Shown: in pieces, positions 20,414-28,784 of the stretch
How positions within the stretch are numbered: the stretch's first letter is position 1
Layout of the letters: the number at the start of each line of letters is the position of its first letter
Assembly: GCA_017450695.1 (NCBI GenBank)
Contig: JAFSTA010000084.1
Coordinates: 34,474 to 98,473 of the forward strand
Source: Kiritimatiellia bacterium
GTDB taxonomy: Bacteria > Verrucomicrobiota > Kiritimatiellia > RFP12 > UBA1067
Reading direction: 5' to 3'
Length of the DNA: 64,000 nt
Notes under the pieces: model-generated
Seen by the model: the letters and a program-made list of their open reading frames with translations, nothing else
Database searches by the model: none
Told to the model about the DNA's origin: nothing
Program-made: the position numbers and the translations under genes

Positions 20414-21655
20414 ATGAAACACCCGATGATGATTTTCCTCTGTGCGGTAACCTTCTCCGCGTCCGCACTTGATTTACCCGAAATCCTCGATGTTTCCCTC
20501 GGGCACAAACTTCCCGCTTCCCGATCGCTGGTGGTGGACTACACCCTGACGAACGGCCCGGCCATCGTCACAGCCACCTTCTTTACCAACAACATCCCTT
20601 TGCCGGACAACGTTGTCACCTCGCTCACCGGAGACATCTGCCGGATCGTGACGAACGGCGCATGCCGTTTCGTCTGGGACGCGCCGACGGACTGGCCCGG
20701 GCATCAAGGTATCCTCCCGCTGACGAAGGTAACGATTGCAGCGCACCCACTCTACTTTCCGCCGCGTTATTGTCATATCGACCTCTCTGGCGGAACAGGG
20801 GCAACCAGCTACCCGCTTTATTTCTACGAGTCCAGCAACGCCATTCCAGGCGGCGTCGAAAGCGACCGCTACAAAACGACGGATCTGCTGCTGCGCAAGA
20901 TCGACCGCACGGGATCGGGCGGCTTCCTGATGGGGTCGCCCCCGTGGGAGTCCAACCGCAACTCCAGACGCGAACGCCAGCACACGGTTGTCCTGACGCA
21001 AGACTACTTCATGGGCGTCTATGAGGTGACCGTCGGGCAGTGGCAGCGCGTGATGGGAACCAGCGTACAGCCCAACCACACGGGCGACGAACGATACCCG
21101 ATGGAGAAAGTGACCTACGGCGAATGTCGCGGGGCGCGTTCGGAAAACATCGACTTCCCGACCACGGGCTTGCGCGTCTCACCCTCCTCCTTCGCGGGCG
21201 TCCTCAGGCAAAAGACGGGTAACATCTATCCCTTCGACCTGCCGACCGAAGCGCAGTGGGAGTATGCGGCACGCGCCGGTATCCTCGATTCTTTTTCCGA
21301 CGGTTCCACGATGGGCTGGCGATCCGCCACACAGCAGAGGGGAAAAGTGCATTTCAACACGAACTCGACAATCGTCGTCGGCAGTTACCTGCCCACGCAA
21401 TGGGGACTCTACGATGTACAGGGGAATGTGGTCGAATGGTGCCGCGACTGGCTGCTGGACGAGAACCTCCCCGACGCGACGGATCCGGTCGGTCCGTATG
21501 AACAGCAAACCTATCGCTCCGCGCGCGGCGGGCATTGGGATCACGCCATCTACGAGCTTCGCTTCGCGCGACGCAATGCGTGGAACGACACCTCGCGGTA
21601 TAGCACGTTCGGGTTCCGTCTCAGCGCCACCATCATCCCCATCCCGTCCGAATAA
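20414..21655 (+). CDS. Secreted FGE-sulfatase-fold domain protein, paralog 3 (no Cys in the catalytic-loop position)
   Basis: Signal peptide MKHPMMIFLCAVTFSASA. LVVDYTLTNGPAIVTATFF N-domain. TQWGLYDVQGNVVEWCRDW; RSARGGHWDH; GFRLSATI. Starts 11 nt after paralog 2's stop; an upstream in-frame ATG at 20330 overlaps paralog 2 and is unlikely to be the start. Confidence 0.7.
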   Translation: MKHPMMIFLCAVTFSASALDLPEILDVSLGHKLPASRSLVVDYTLTNGPAIVTATFFTNNIPLPDNVVTSLTGDICRIVTNGACRFVWDAPTDWPGHQGILPLTKVTIAAHPLYFPPRYCHIDLSGGTGATSYPLYFYESSNAIPGGVESDRYKTTDLLLRKIDRTGSGGFLMGSPPWESNRNSRRERQHTVVLTQDYFMGVYEVTVGQWQRVMGTSVQPNHTGDERYPMEKVTYGECRGARSENIDFPTTGLRVSPSSFAGVLRQKTGNIYPFDLPTEAQWEYAARAGILDSFSDGSTMGWRSATQQRGKVHFNTNSTIVVGSYLPTQWGLYDVQGNVVEWCRDWLLDENLPDATDPVGPYEQQTYRSARGGHWDHAIYELRFARRNAWNDTSRYSTFGFRLSATIIPIPSE

Positions 21656-21689
21656 GAAAGCAGCAGACCGCAGTTATCCCATCACGCAA

Positions 21690-22010
21690 TGCCCCCGAGA
21701 TTGGGAGGGGCAACGTCCTCGTTGCCCGAATTGGGAGGGTCGCGCCCCGTCGCGACCGCACTGCCCTTGCCTTCGCTGCGGGGAGTCTCGGAGTTGGGGA
21801 GGGTCGCGCCCCGTCGCGACCGCACTGCCCTTGCTTTCGCTGCGGGGAGTCTCGGAGTTTGGGAGGGGCGCGCCCCGTCGCGACCGCACTGCCCTTGCTT
21901 TCGCTGCGGGGAGTCTCGGAGTTTGGGAGGGTCGCGCCCCGTCGCGACCGCTACTGCCCTTGCTTTCGCTGCGGGGAGTCTCGGAGTTTGGGGCGCGCTC
22001 CGTCGCGACC
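21690..22010. repeat. Tandem repeat: ~4.5 copies of a 61-62 bp unit (tgggagggtcgcgccccgtcgcgaccgcactgcccttgctttcgctgcggggagtctcggagtt) with a leading GGGGCAACG..CGTTGCCC hairpin
   Basis: Units read directly and differ by 1-3 SNPs. Each contains the palindrome GTCGCG-cccc-gt-CGCGAC. Related copies (family R3) at 56917..57050. The ORFs listed on both strands here are repeat artefacts. Confidence 0.85.
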
Positions 22011-22102
22011 GCATTGCTTAACCACCTAACTACCACCTAACCAGCCCCCCCTCCCTCAACACCTCTCTTGCGGTCTGTGGTAAAATTCAGTATAATGCCG
22101 CC

Positions 22103-22588
22103 ATGTTTTTCCGAAACAAGAAACGACTACCCCACTCCGTGGAGAAACGGCTGTTCCTCGTTTTGGTTTGCGCGTGCAGTTGGCTTGTACCCGGATGCCA
22201 TTCGCGTCCGACGCCGCCACCGAACCGCAAGCCCATCACGATGACCGTGGTTGTCACGGGATATTGCAGTTGCGGCGAGTGCTGTAACTGGCACTATTCG
22301 TGGTGGGGATTCGGTCCGGCGACAATTTCCAAAGGACCGAACGCGGGAAAACGGAAGAAGGTCGGGCTGACCGCCAGCGGAGTCCAAGCGAGTCCTGGAA
22401 CGATCGCCGCCGACACTTCCGTCATCCCGATGGGATCGATTCTGTACGTCCCCGGATACGGATACGGGAAAGTGCAGGATCGGGGTGGTTCTGTGATCGG
22501 AAAGCACATTGACCTTTGGTTTCCCTCCCATGACCAGGCGAAAAAATGGGGGAAGAAAACATTGACGGTGAAAATCTGGAAACCGTGA
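22103..22588 (+). CDS. 3D-domain (MltA-like) lipoprotein
   Basis: Lipobox-like LVLVCACSWLVPGC. 3D-domain signature VVVTGYCSCGECC...ADTSVIPMGSILYVPGYGYGKVQDRGGSVIGKHIDLWF. Confidence 0.75.
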   Translation: MFFRNKKRLPHSVEKRLFLVLVCACSWLVPGCHSRPTPPPNRKPITMTVVVTGYCSCGECCNWHYSWWGFGPATISKGPNAGKRKKVGLTASGVQASPGTIAADTSVIPMGSILYVPGYGYGKVQDRGGSVIGKHIDLWFPSHDQAKKWGKKTLTVKIWKP

Positions 22589-22616
22589 CACGTCGTTGCG
22601 GAATTAGGACAGCGAG

Positions 22617-24335
22617 ATGAACGAAGAGAAAAAGTTGGAAGGGTCGGACACGAGCCGGCATTTTTTGAAGCAGTGGATTGCGGAGGATGTCGCAGCCGGA
22701 AAAAACGGTGGCGCCGTCGTCACCCGTTTCCCGCCTGAGCCGAACGGATACATCCACATCGGACACGCCAAGGCTGTGAGTATCGATTTCGGCATGGCCA
22801 GCGAATTCGGAGGTGTCTGCCACCTGCGCATGGACGACACGAACCCGGCGAAGGAATCAGACGAATACGCGGAGAATATCCAGCGGGATATCCACTGGCT
22901 GGGATACGACTGGAAGGAGTGCCTCTACAGCGCCTCAGAGATGTTCGAGCAGATGTATTCGATCGCCGAGAATCTGATCCGCAACGGGCAGGCATACTGC
23001 TGCAACCTGACGCAGGAAGAGTGGAAGGAGTATCGCGGCGTCCCGGAACGTCCCGGTACGCCCAGCCCTTCCCGCGACACCCCGCCCGAACGGAATCTGG
23101 AGATCTTCCACCGGATGAAGGCGGGCGAGTTCGCGGATGGGGAATGGTGCGTTCGCGCGAAGATTGACATGGCCTCGCCAAACATCCATTTCCGCGATCC
23201 CGTCATCTACCGTATCCGCCACGTTCCGCATTACCACAAAGGCGACGAATGGTGCATTTATCCGATGTACGATTTCGCGCACCCGATTGAAGACGCGCTC
23301 GAAGGCGTCACGCACTCCATGTGTACGCTTGAGTTCGAGGTTCACCGTCCCCTGTATAACTGGGTGATCGACCGCATGGACGAGATGGGGCTGTTGCGCG
23401 AACACAACGGCGTGAAAATCCGTCCGCAGCAGCGCGAGTTCGCACGGTTGAACTTGAACTACACCGTGATGAGCAAGCGCAAGCTGTTGCAGCTGGTTGA
23501 GGAAAAACGTGTTTCCGGCTGGGACGACCCGAGGATGCCGACGGTCTGCGGATTGCGTCGGCGCGGCTACACGCCCAAATCCATCCGCGATTTCTGCGAA
23601 CGGATCGGTGTTTCCAAATACGAAAGCGAAACGGATCTCTCCCTGCTGGAATACTGCGTGCGCGACGACCTCAACAAAACCTCGCAGCGCCGCATGGTCG
23701 TGCTCGACCCGGTCAAGGTCGTGATCGACAACTGGCCAGCCGGGAAAGTGATCGAGGTGGAAGTCGCGAACAACCCGGAGAATCCAGAGGACGGAACGCG
23801 CAAAATCCCCTTCAGCGGAGAGGTGTGGATCGAACGCGCCGATTTCATGGAAGTGCCGGAAAAGAAATTTTTCCGACTCGCCCCGGACCGTGAGGTGCGT
23901 CTCCGCGCCGCCGCGCTCTTCACCTGCAAAAGTCTGGTCAAGGACGAGAACGGCAAGATCATCGAGATTCACGGAACCTACGACGAATCCGCCGAGTACG
24001 GGAATCCCGCCGACGGCAGGAAGATCAAGGGGACGATTCACTGGGTCAGCGTCCAACACGCGAAGCCGATTGAAGTCAGGCTTTATGATCGGCTCTTCAC
24101 CGTCCCGAATCCTCTCGACCAGGGAGATCAGGACTTCATCCAGTTCTTGAATCCAGATTCGTTGAAGGTCGTCACCGGATACGCGGAACCGTCCGTTCTC
24201 GATGCGAAGCCAGGTGAACGCTTCCAGTTCGAGCGTGTCGGTTACTTCTGCGCCGACAGCGAAGACTCGAAGCCGGGGATACCGGTCTTCAATCGGACAG
24301 TCACCCTGAAAGATTCCTGGGCAAAGGGCAAGTAA
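22617..24335 (+). CDS. glnS: Glutaminyl-tRNA synthetase
   Basis: Class I HIGH motif FPPEPNGYIHIGHAKA, VMSKRK (KMSKS), GlnRS-specific regions (RIRHVPHYHKGDEWCIYPMYDFAHPIEDALEGVTHSMCTLEF). Confidence 0.9.
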   Translation: MNEEKKLEGSDTSRHFLKQWIAEDVAAGKNGGAVVTRFPPEPNGYIHIGHAKAVSIDFGMASEFGGVCHLRMDDTNPAKESDEYAENIQRDIHWLGYDWKECLYSASEMFEQMYSIAENLIRNGQAYCCNLTQEEWKEYRGVPERPGTPSPSRDTPPERNLEIFHRMKAGEFADGEWCVRAKIDMASPNIHFRDPVIYRIRHVPHYHKGDEWCIYPMYDFAHPIEDALEGVTHSMCTLEFEVHRPLYNWVIDRMDEMGLLREHNGVKIRPQQREFARLNLNYTVMSKRKLLQLVEEKRVSGWDDPRMPTVCGLRRRGYTPKSIRDFCERIGVSKYESETDLSLLEYCVRDDLNKTSQRRMVVLDPVKVVIDNWPAGKVIEVEVANNPENPEDGTRKIPFSGEVWIERADFMEVPEKKFFRLAPDREVRLRAAALFTCKSLVKDENGKIIEIHGTYDESAEYGNPADGRKIKGTIHWVSVQHAKPIEVRLYDRLFTVPNPLDQGDQDFIQFLNPDSLKVVTGYAEPSVLDAKPGERFQFERVGYFCADSEDSKPGIPVFNRTVTLKDSWAKGK

Positions 24336-24349
24336 AGCTTCGCCTTTGC

Positions 24350-24441
24350 GTTGCTTTCCCTCCCTTTTTGTCTCTTCTTATCGCTTTTTATCCCTTCTTT
24401 CCCTTCCTGTCCCTTTTGATCGCTTCCTATCCCTTCCCCAT
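24350..24441. repeat. ~90 bp polypyrimidine (CT-rich) tract with reiterated tatcccttc units between convergent glnS and pgk
   Basis: ttgctttccctccctttttgtctcttcttatcgctttttatcccttctttcccttcctgtcccttttgatcgcttcctatcccttcccc read directly on the + strand. Confidence 0.8.
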
Positions 24442-24458
24442 TCAAAAGACAAAAAAAC

Positions 24459-24489
24459 GGGGACAGCTGAGCGTCCCCAGCTGTCCCCG
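24459..24489. terminator. Bidirectional rho-independent terminator (GGGGACAGCTG-agcgtcc-CCAGCTGTCCCC) with an A7 run on the + strand side
   Basis: Perfect 11-bp stem. On the minus strand the stem is followed by TTTTTTT, so it terminates pgk and probably glnS too. Confidence 0.7.
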
Positions 24490-24540
24490 TTCAAGGTTCT
24501 CACACGTCGAGAGGGGTGTTTCCCGGTGTGCGTTCTTCAC

Positions 24541-25830
24541 TTATTTGTCATTCAGGGCAACAACGCCCGGAAGCTGTTTTCCTTCGAGGTATTCGAGGGA
24601 GGCACCGCCGCCCGTGGAGATGTGCGACATCTTCTCGGCGAGACCGGATTTCTTGACTGCGCTGACGCTGTCGCCACCGCCGATGATGGACATTCCGCCG
24701 TTTGCCTTGACCTCGGCGACCGCCTCGCAAATCCCGAACGTGCCCTTGGCAAGAGGCGGGAATTCGAAGCAGCCCATCGGGCCGTTCCACACGACCGTCT
24801 TGGCGGACTTGATCGCGTTCGAGAAAAGCTCCACCGTCTTCGGTCCGATGTCGAGTCCCATCCAATCGCCGGGGATGTCGCCCTCGGAAATGCGGATCTG
24901 GATGTCAGAGGCATCCTTCTCGGCGGGGAACTTGTCGGCGATCGCGGCATCGACCGGCAGCAGGAACTGGATGCCTTTTGCGGCAGCCGTCTCTAGCATC
25001 TCCTTCGCGTAGGCGATCTGCTCGTCTTCGCAAAGCGAGGTGCCGATTTTCTGCCCCTTCGCCTTCAGGAATGTATAGGCCATACCGCCGCCGATGATGA
25101 TCGTATCGACCTTCGTGAGAAGGTTCTTGACCACGGCCAGCTTGTCGGAAACTTTCGCACCGCCGAGAATGGCGACGAACGGACGAACCGGATTTTCCAC
25201 CGCATCGCCCAGGAACTTGATTTCCTTTTCCAGCAGGAAACCGGAAACCGCGACAGGGAGGTACTGTGCGATCACGGCCGTCGAGGCGTGCGCACGGTGA
25301 GCCGTGCCGAACGCATCGTTGCAGAAGATGTCGCCGTAAGAGGCAAGCTTCTTCGCCATCGCTTCGCGATCCGCCTTCAGCTTCGCCTTCTTCTCCTGAT
25401 ACTCTTCCTCGGTCAGGTGGATGTCCTTCTTCGGATCGTCCTTCTTCACCTTGCCGTCTTCCGCCTTGTAGAAACGGGTGTTTTCCAAGAGCAGAACTTC
25501 GCCGGGGCGCAATGCCGCAACCGCGTCGTCAGCCGCCATGCAGTCAGGAGCGAACCCGACAGTCTGCCCAAGGCACTTGGAGAGATGATCCGCGACCGGC
25601 TTCAGGGAGAATTCGGCTTCGTACCCCTTTCCCTTCGGACGACCGAGGTGGGACATCAGCACCAGACTCGCGCCCTGATCCAACACGTACTTGATGGACG
25701 GCAGAGCCGCCTGGATGCGCGTGTCATCCGTAATCGTCCCGCTTCCGTCTTTCGCCATCGGCACATTGAAGTCCACGCGCATCACAACGCGCTTCCCTTT
25801 CAACTCAACATCTCTCAATGTCTTTTTCAT
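24541..25830 (-). CDS. pgk: Phosphoglycerate kinase
   Basis: N-terminal LKGKRVVMRVDFNVPM, hinge/C-domain motifs GGGMAYTFL, NGPMGCFE, SIIGGGDS. At 429 aa it is slightly long, with an internal insertion (KEEYQEKKAKLKADREAMAKK). Confidence 0.9.
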   Translation of the reverse strand: MKKTLRDVELKGKRVVMRVDFNVPMAKDGSGTITDDTRIQAALPSIKYVLDQGASLVLMSHLGRPKGKGYEAEFSLKPVADHLSKCLGQTVGFAPDCMAADDAVAALRPGEVLLLENTRFYKAEDGKVKKDDPKKDIHLTEEEYQEKKAKLKADREAMAKKLASYGDIFCNDAFGTAHRAHASTAVIAQYLPVAVSGFLLEKEIKFLGDAVENPVRPFVAILGGAKVSDKLAVVKNLLTKVDTIIIGGGMAYTFLKAKGQKIGTSLCEDEQIAYAKEMLETAAAKGIQFLLPVDAAIADKFPAEKDASDIQIRISEGDIPGDWMGLDIGPKTVELFSNAIKSAKTVVWNGPMGCFEFPPLAKGTFGICEAVAEVKANGGMSIIGGGDSVSAVKKSGLAEKMSHISTGGGASLEYLEGKQLPGVVALNDK

Positions 25831-26172
25831 CGACCTGTTCCTTTCAAAAAAGTTCTTGTATCATAGCGAATCCAGCACTCTCTGTCCAGTATGGAATTTC
25901 AAGAAAAGAAGAACCGCACCTGTTCCCCAACCACTGTACCCGGTGTGCCCCGCCCCCTCAAAAAAAGTCGTCCGGGGATCAATCGGATGCCACTTGAATC
26001 GGTGCTTCAAAAATAACTTGTCAGATGCGCAAGGATACGCGATATTATTCTTGTTGTAAGATTATTCTTGTTGTAAGTACGTATGCCCCATCCCCAGATG
26101 GCGTCAGGCGCGGGTGCGCTTGACGGTCAGAGGCGAATGGGTTTTGCAAAAACCTCACCGGAAAAACAAGCC

Positions 26173-27240
26173 ATGAATATCATGAACCTTCTCCCAGGCT
26201 GCGGCAACGAATACAAGGCCTGTCTGCACACCCATACGACAGTCTCCGATGGCGATTACTCGCCGGCGGAAATCAAGAAAATCTACCGGAAAGCCGGCTA
26301 TTCGGTTGTCGCCTTCACCGACCACGAGCTGCTGCGCCGCCACGATGACTTGGCCGACGATTCATTCCTCCCCCTCGCGGGGCATGAAGTCGCCCTATGG
26401 TCGCACAAGTACGACCGGGGGGAGCCAAAGCCGTACGACCGCGTCCATTTGAACCTGATTGCCACGAGGCCCGGTCTTGACGCGCAGCCGTGGCTGGACG
26501 CCCGCCAGTGCGCCCGCTACGCGAAGCGGGACGACGGCAGCTACACACCGCGAAAACCCGAGAAATGCACGGACGCGGAGGTGGCCGCCGCGAGGCTGGA
26601 GAAGCACGTCAGGGAGCATCCCGACAAGTCGCGCTACTTCGACGCGGAGACAGTCCGCGCCCTGGTCCGTGAAGCCCGCGAGGCAGGTTTTCTCGTCGCG
26701 CTCAATCACCCGGTATGGTCGTACCTGTCCCTTGCGGACGCTGACGACTTCGAGGGGCTGTGGGCCGTCGAGGTTTACAACCGCAACAGCGAACTCGCCC
26801 CACCGTACGACAGCGAGCGCGACGACTTCTACGACGCGCTGCTGCGGGGCGGACGGAATCCGGGGGTTTGTTGCCTCGCGACCGACGACGCGCACACGAA
26901 AGGACATCTTTTCCACGGCTGGGTTGTGATTCGCGCGCCGCAACTGGACCTGCCGTCCATCGCTGCGGCACTGGAGAAGGGGTGTTTCTACTCCTCAACT
27001 GGCCCGACGCTGCAGTCGGCCCGGTTGGAAGGGAATGTCGTGCGCGCGGAGACCTCACCGTGTAAAACCGTCCGCATTATCGACGCGCAGGGCGTCGTTG
27101 GCATGCAGACGGCATCAGTGGACGAACAAAGCGACTGGGAGTTCAAGCTTGGCCGTGAACCTCACGGCTATGTCCGCATGGTCGCAGAGGCCTTACATGG
27201 AACCAAGGCGTGGACAATGGCCCGACCGGTACCGGCCTGA
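26173..27240 (+). CDS. PHP-domain (polymerase/histidinol-phosphatase-like) metal-dependent phosphoesterase
   Basis: CLHTHTTVSDGDYSPAEIKKIYRKAGYSVVAFTDHE (PHP motif I/II), later LNHPVW and DDAHT motifs. Start chosen at MNIMNLL (26173). An upstream ATG at 26083 is possible. Confidence 0.6.
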   Translation: MNIMNLLPGCGNEYKACLHTHTTVSDGDYSPAEIKKIYRKAGYSVVAFTDHELLRRHDDLADDSFLPLAGHEVALWSHKYDRGEPKPYDRVHLNLIATRPGLDAQPWLDARQCARYAKRDDGSYTPRKPEKCTDAEVAAARLEKHVREHPDKSRYFDAETVRALVREAREAGFLVALNHPVWSYLSLADADDFEGLWAVEVYNRNSELAPPYDSERDDFYDALLRGGRNPGVCCLATDDAHTKGHLFHGWVVIRAPQLDLPSIAAALEKGCFYSSTGPTLQSARLEGNVVRAETSPCKTVRIIDAQGVVGMQTASVDEQSDWEFKLGREPHGYVRMVAEALHGTKAWTMARPVPA

Positions 27241-27746
27241 CTCTACTTCCCCTACCCGTCGGCATGAGCGGCAGAACACTACAACCATGAAGGGAACGTG
27301 AACGACCGTTGCGTGTGGATATCGCGCCGTTGCGGCGTCCACGCCCTCGCAATGTCCGCACCGACGCCGAAATTTACCCTTTATGGACAGACACGAACTA
27401 CCAGTTAACGGCACTCGGTTCCGTCGCTCTGGGACTTTCTGGAAATTTGTGTCGCCACCGGATGGTTACGCTTCGCCCTCGTCTGTATAGGTCACGTCCG
27501 TTCAGGGTATTTCGGAACGGTAGCCGTGACCGCCTGATTCCGTGTATTCCTATTCCGTGGTTTCACCCGGAAAAAGATTTCCGAATCCCGTCACACACGG
27601 CGTTGCCATGAGCGGGGAATAACGGTCAACAGCTCAAGAGATAGACGAGGGAGTTCTCGACTTTCCAGACGGTGAGGGTGCCTGTGTCACATCACCTCTT
27701 CACCGTTTCCTCGTTTTCCCGATGGCGGAGACAGCCGTCCTTTGGG

Positions 27747-28688
27747 TTACTTTTTCCCGGCGCGGAATTCGTCCGCGAGCTTGAACAGCGTCTCCGGATA
27801 ATCCGTGGTGAAGTGGTCGAAGCCCAAATCCCAGAGCTTGCGGTAAACCTCTTCGTTCGTACCCTCGGTCCACGTGACCGTCTGCGCGGAAACACCATGC
27901 TTGTGGAGCAGTTCCACCGCACGTTTCAGGAACGGGGTGGTCGGGCAGAACGGATCCTGTCGGCGCAGATCTGTACGAACATGAATCTGCACCTGGTCGA
28001 TGCCATCAAATCCAGTCGCCGCCATTTCATCCAGCCGCTGCTGCACAAACGCCTCGGTCTTCTGGATGTTCGCCTCATCGACCACTCTCGGGAAGTTTCC
28101 GAGCCAGACCATCGAACGCCCCTTCGGCGCGACCGTGCGCCAACGGGGAATCAGTCGCCAGTTGGAGGAACAGTAATAAACCTGCTCGATCACCCCGAAC
28201 TGGTTCGCGAGCTTGGCGATCAATTCGGGTGGCGCACCTTTCTCATCGACGTACAGCAGACGCTCGGGACGTCCTTTCATCGAGGCGAAAATCGCCTCCA
28301 TTGTCGAAAGGCGCGTCGAGGCGTATTCTTTTCCAAGGTACGATCCCGTATCGACATCGCGAACTTGATCCCACGTCAGATCCTTGATCTTCGTGTTGGC
28401 AAGTTCCGGCGTGATTCCGCGTCCGATCCGACGAAGGTTATCGTCATGCATCGCAATCGCAACACCATCCTTCGTCAGGCGTGCGTCCGCCTCCGGGGCC
28501 ATCCCGTGCCCCCAGCACCAGAGGAAAGTCTCCAGCGAATTGTCGGGTTTCGACTTGGCGCCGCCGCCACGGTGAATCTGGCAGCGGTAGAGTCCCTTTT
28601 CGCGGGGAATCCACGCGGGCTTTTCCCACTGTCCAGCAAACGCAGCAACCGTCGCGGCGAAGAAAGCCGCTATCATCATCTTCTTCAT
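27747..28688 (-). CDS. Glycerophosphodiester phosphodiesterase (GDPD) family protein, secreted
   Basis: Signal peptide MKKMMIAAFFAATVAAFA. GDPD catalytic N-terminus QIHRGGG...PDNSLETF, later DGVAIAMHDDNLRR. Confidence 0.75.
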   Translation of the reverse strand: MKKMMIAAFFAATVAAFAGQWEKPAWIPREKGLYRCQIHRGGGAKSKPDNSLETFLWCWGHGMAPEADARLTKDGVAIAMHDDNLRRIGRGITPELANTKIKDLTWDQVRDVDTGSYLGKEYASTRLSTMEAIFASMKGRPERLLYVDEKGAPPELIAKLANQFGVIEQVYYCSSNWRLIPRWRTVAPKGRSMVWLGNFPRVVDEANIQKTEAFVQQRLDEMAATGFDGIDQVQIHVRTDLRRQDPFCPTTPFLKRAVELLHKHGVSAQTVTWTEGTNEEVYRKLWDLGFDHFTTDYPETLFKLADEFRAGKK

Positions 28689-28784
28689 GTTTCTTCTCCT
28701 TCATTGAGTCCGCCCGAATGAATCGGAGCGTTCGTGTTGATTGAAAGTGAGCTGTCGTTTTCCCGTGACTTCTGACGGTGACGG

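Noticed and set aside
21690-22010. Possible CRISPR array (regular ~61 bp periodicity with palindromic 27 bp cores)
   Set aside because: The inter-repeat segments are the same in every unit, so there are no unique spacers. There are no cas genes. The same unit occurs in another repeat cluster at 56917..57050. Best explained as a minisatellite of the R3 repeat family.
22935-24059. 374 aa minus-strand ORF
   Set aside because: Antisense to glnS, which has unambiguous class I aaRS motifs. No motifs in the antisense translation.
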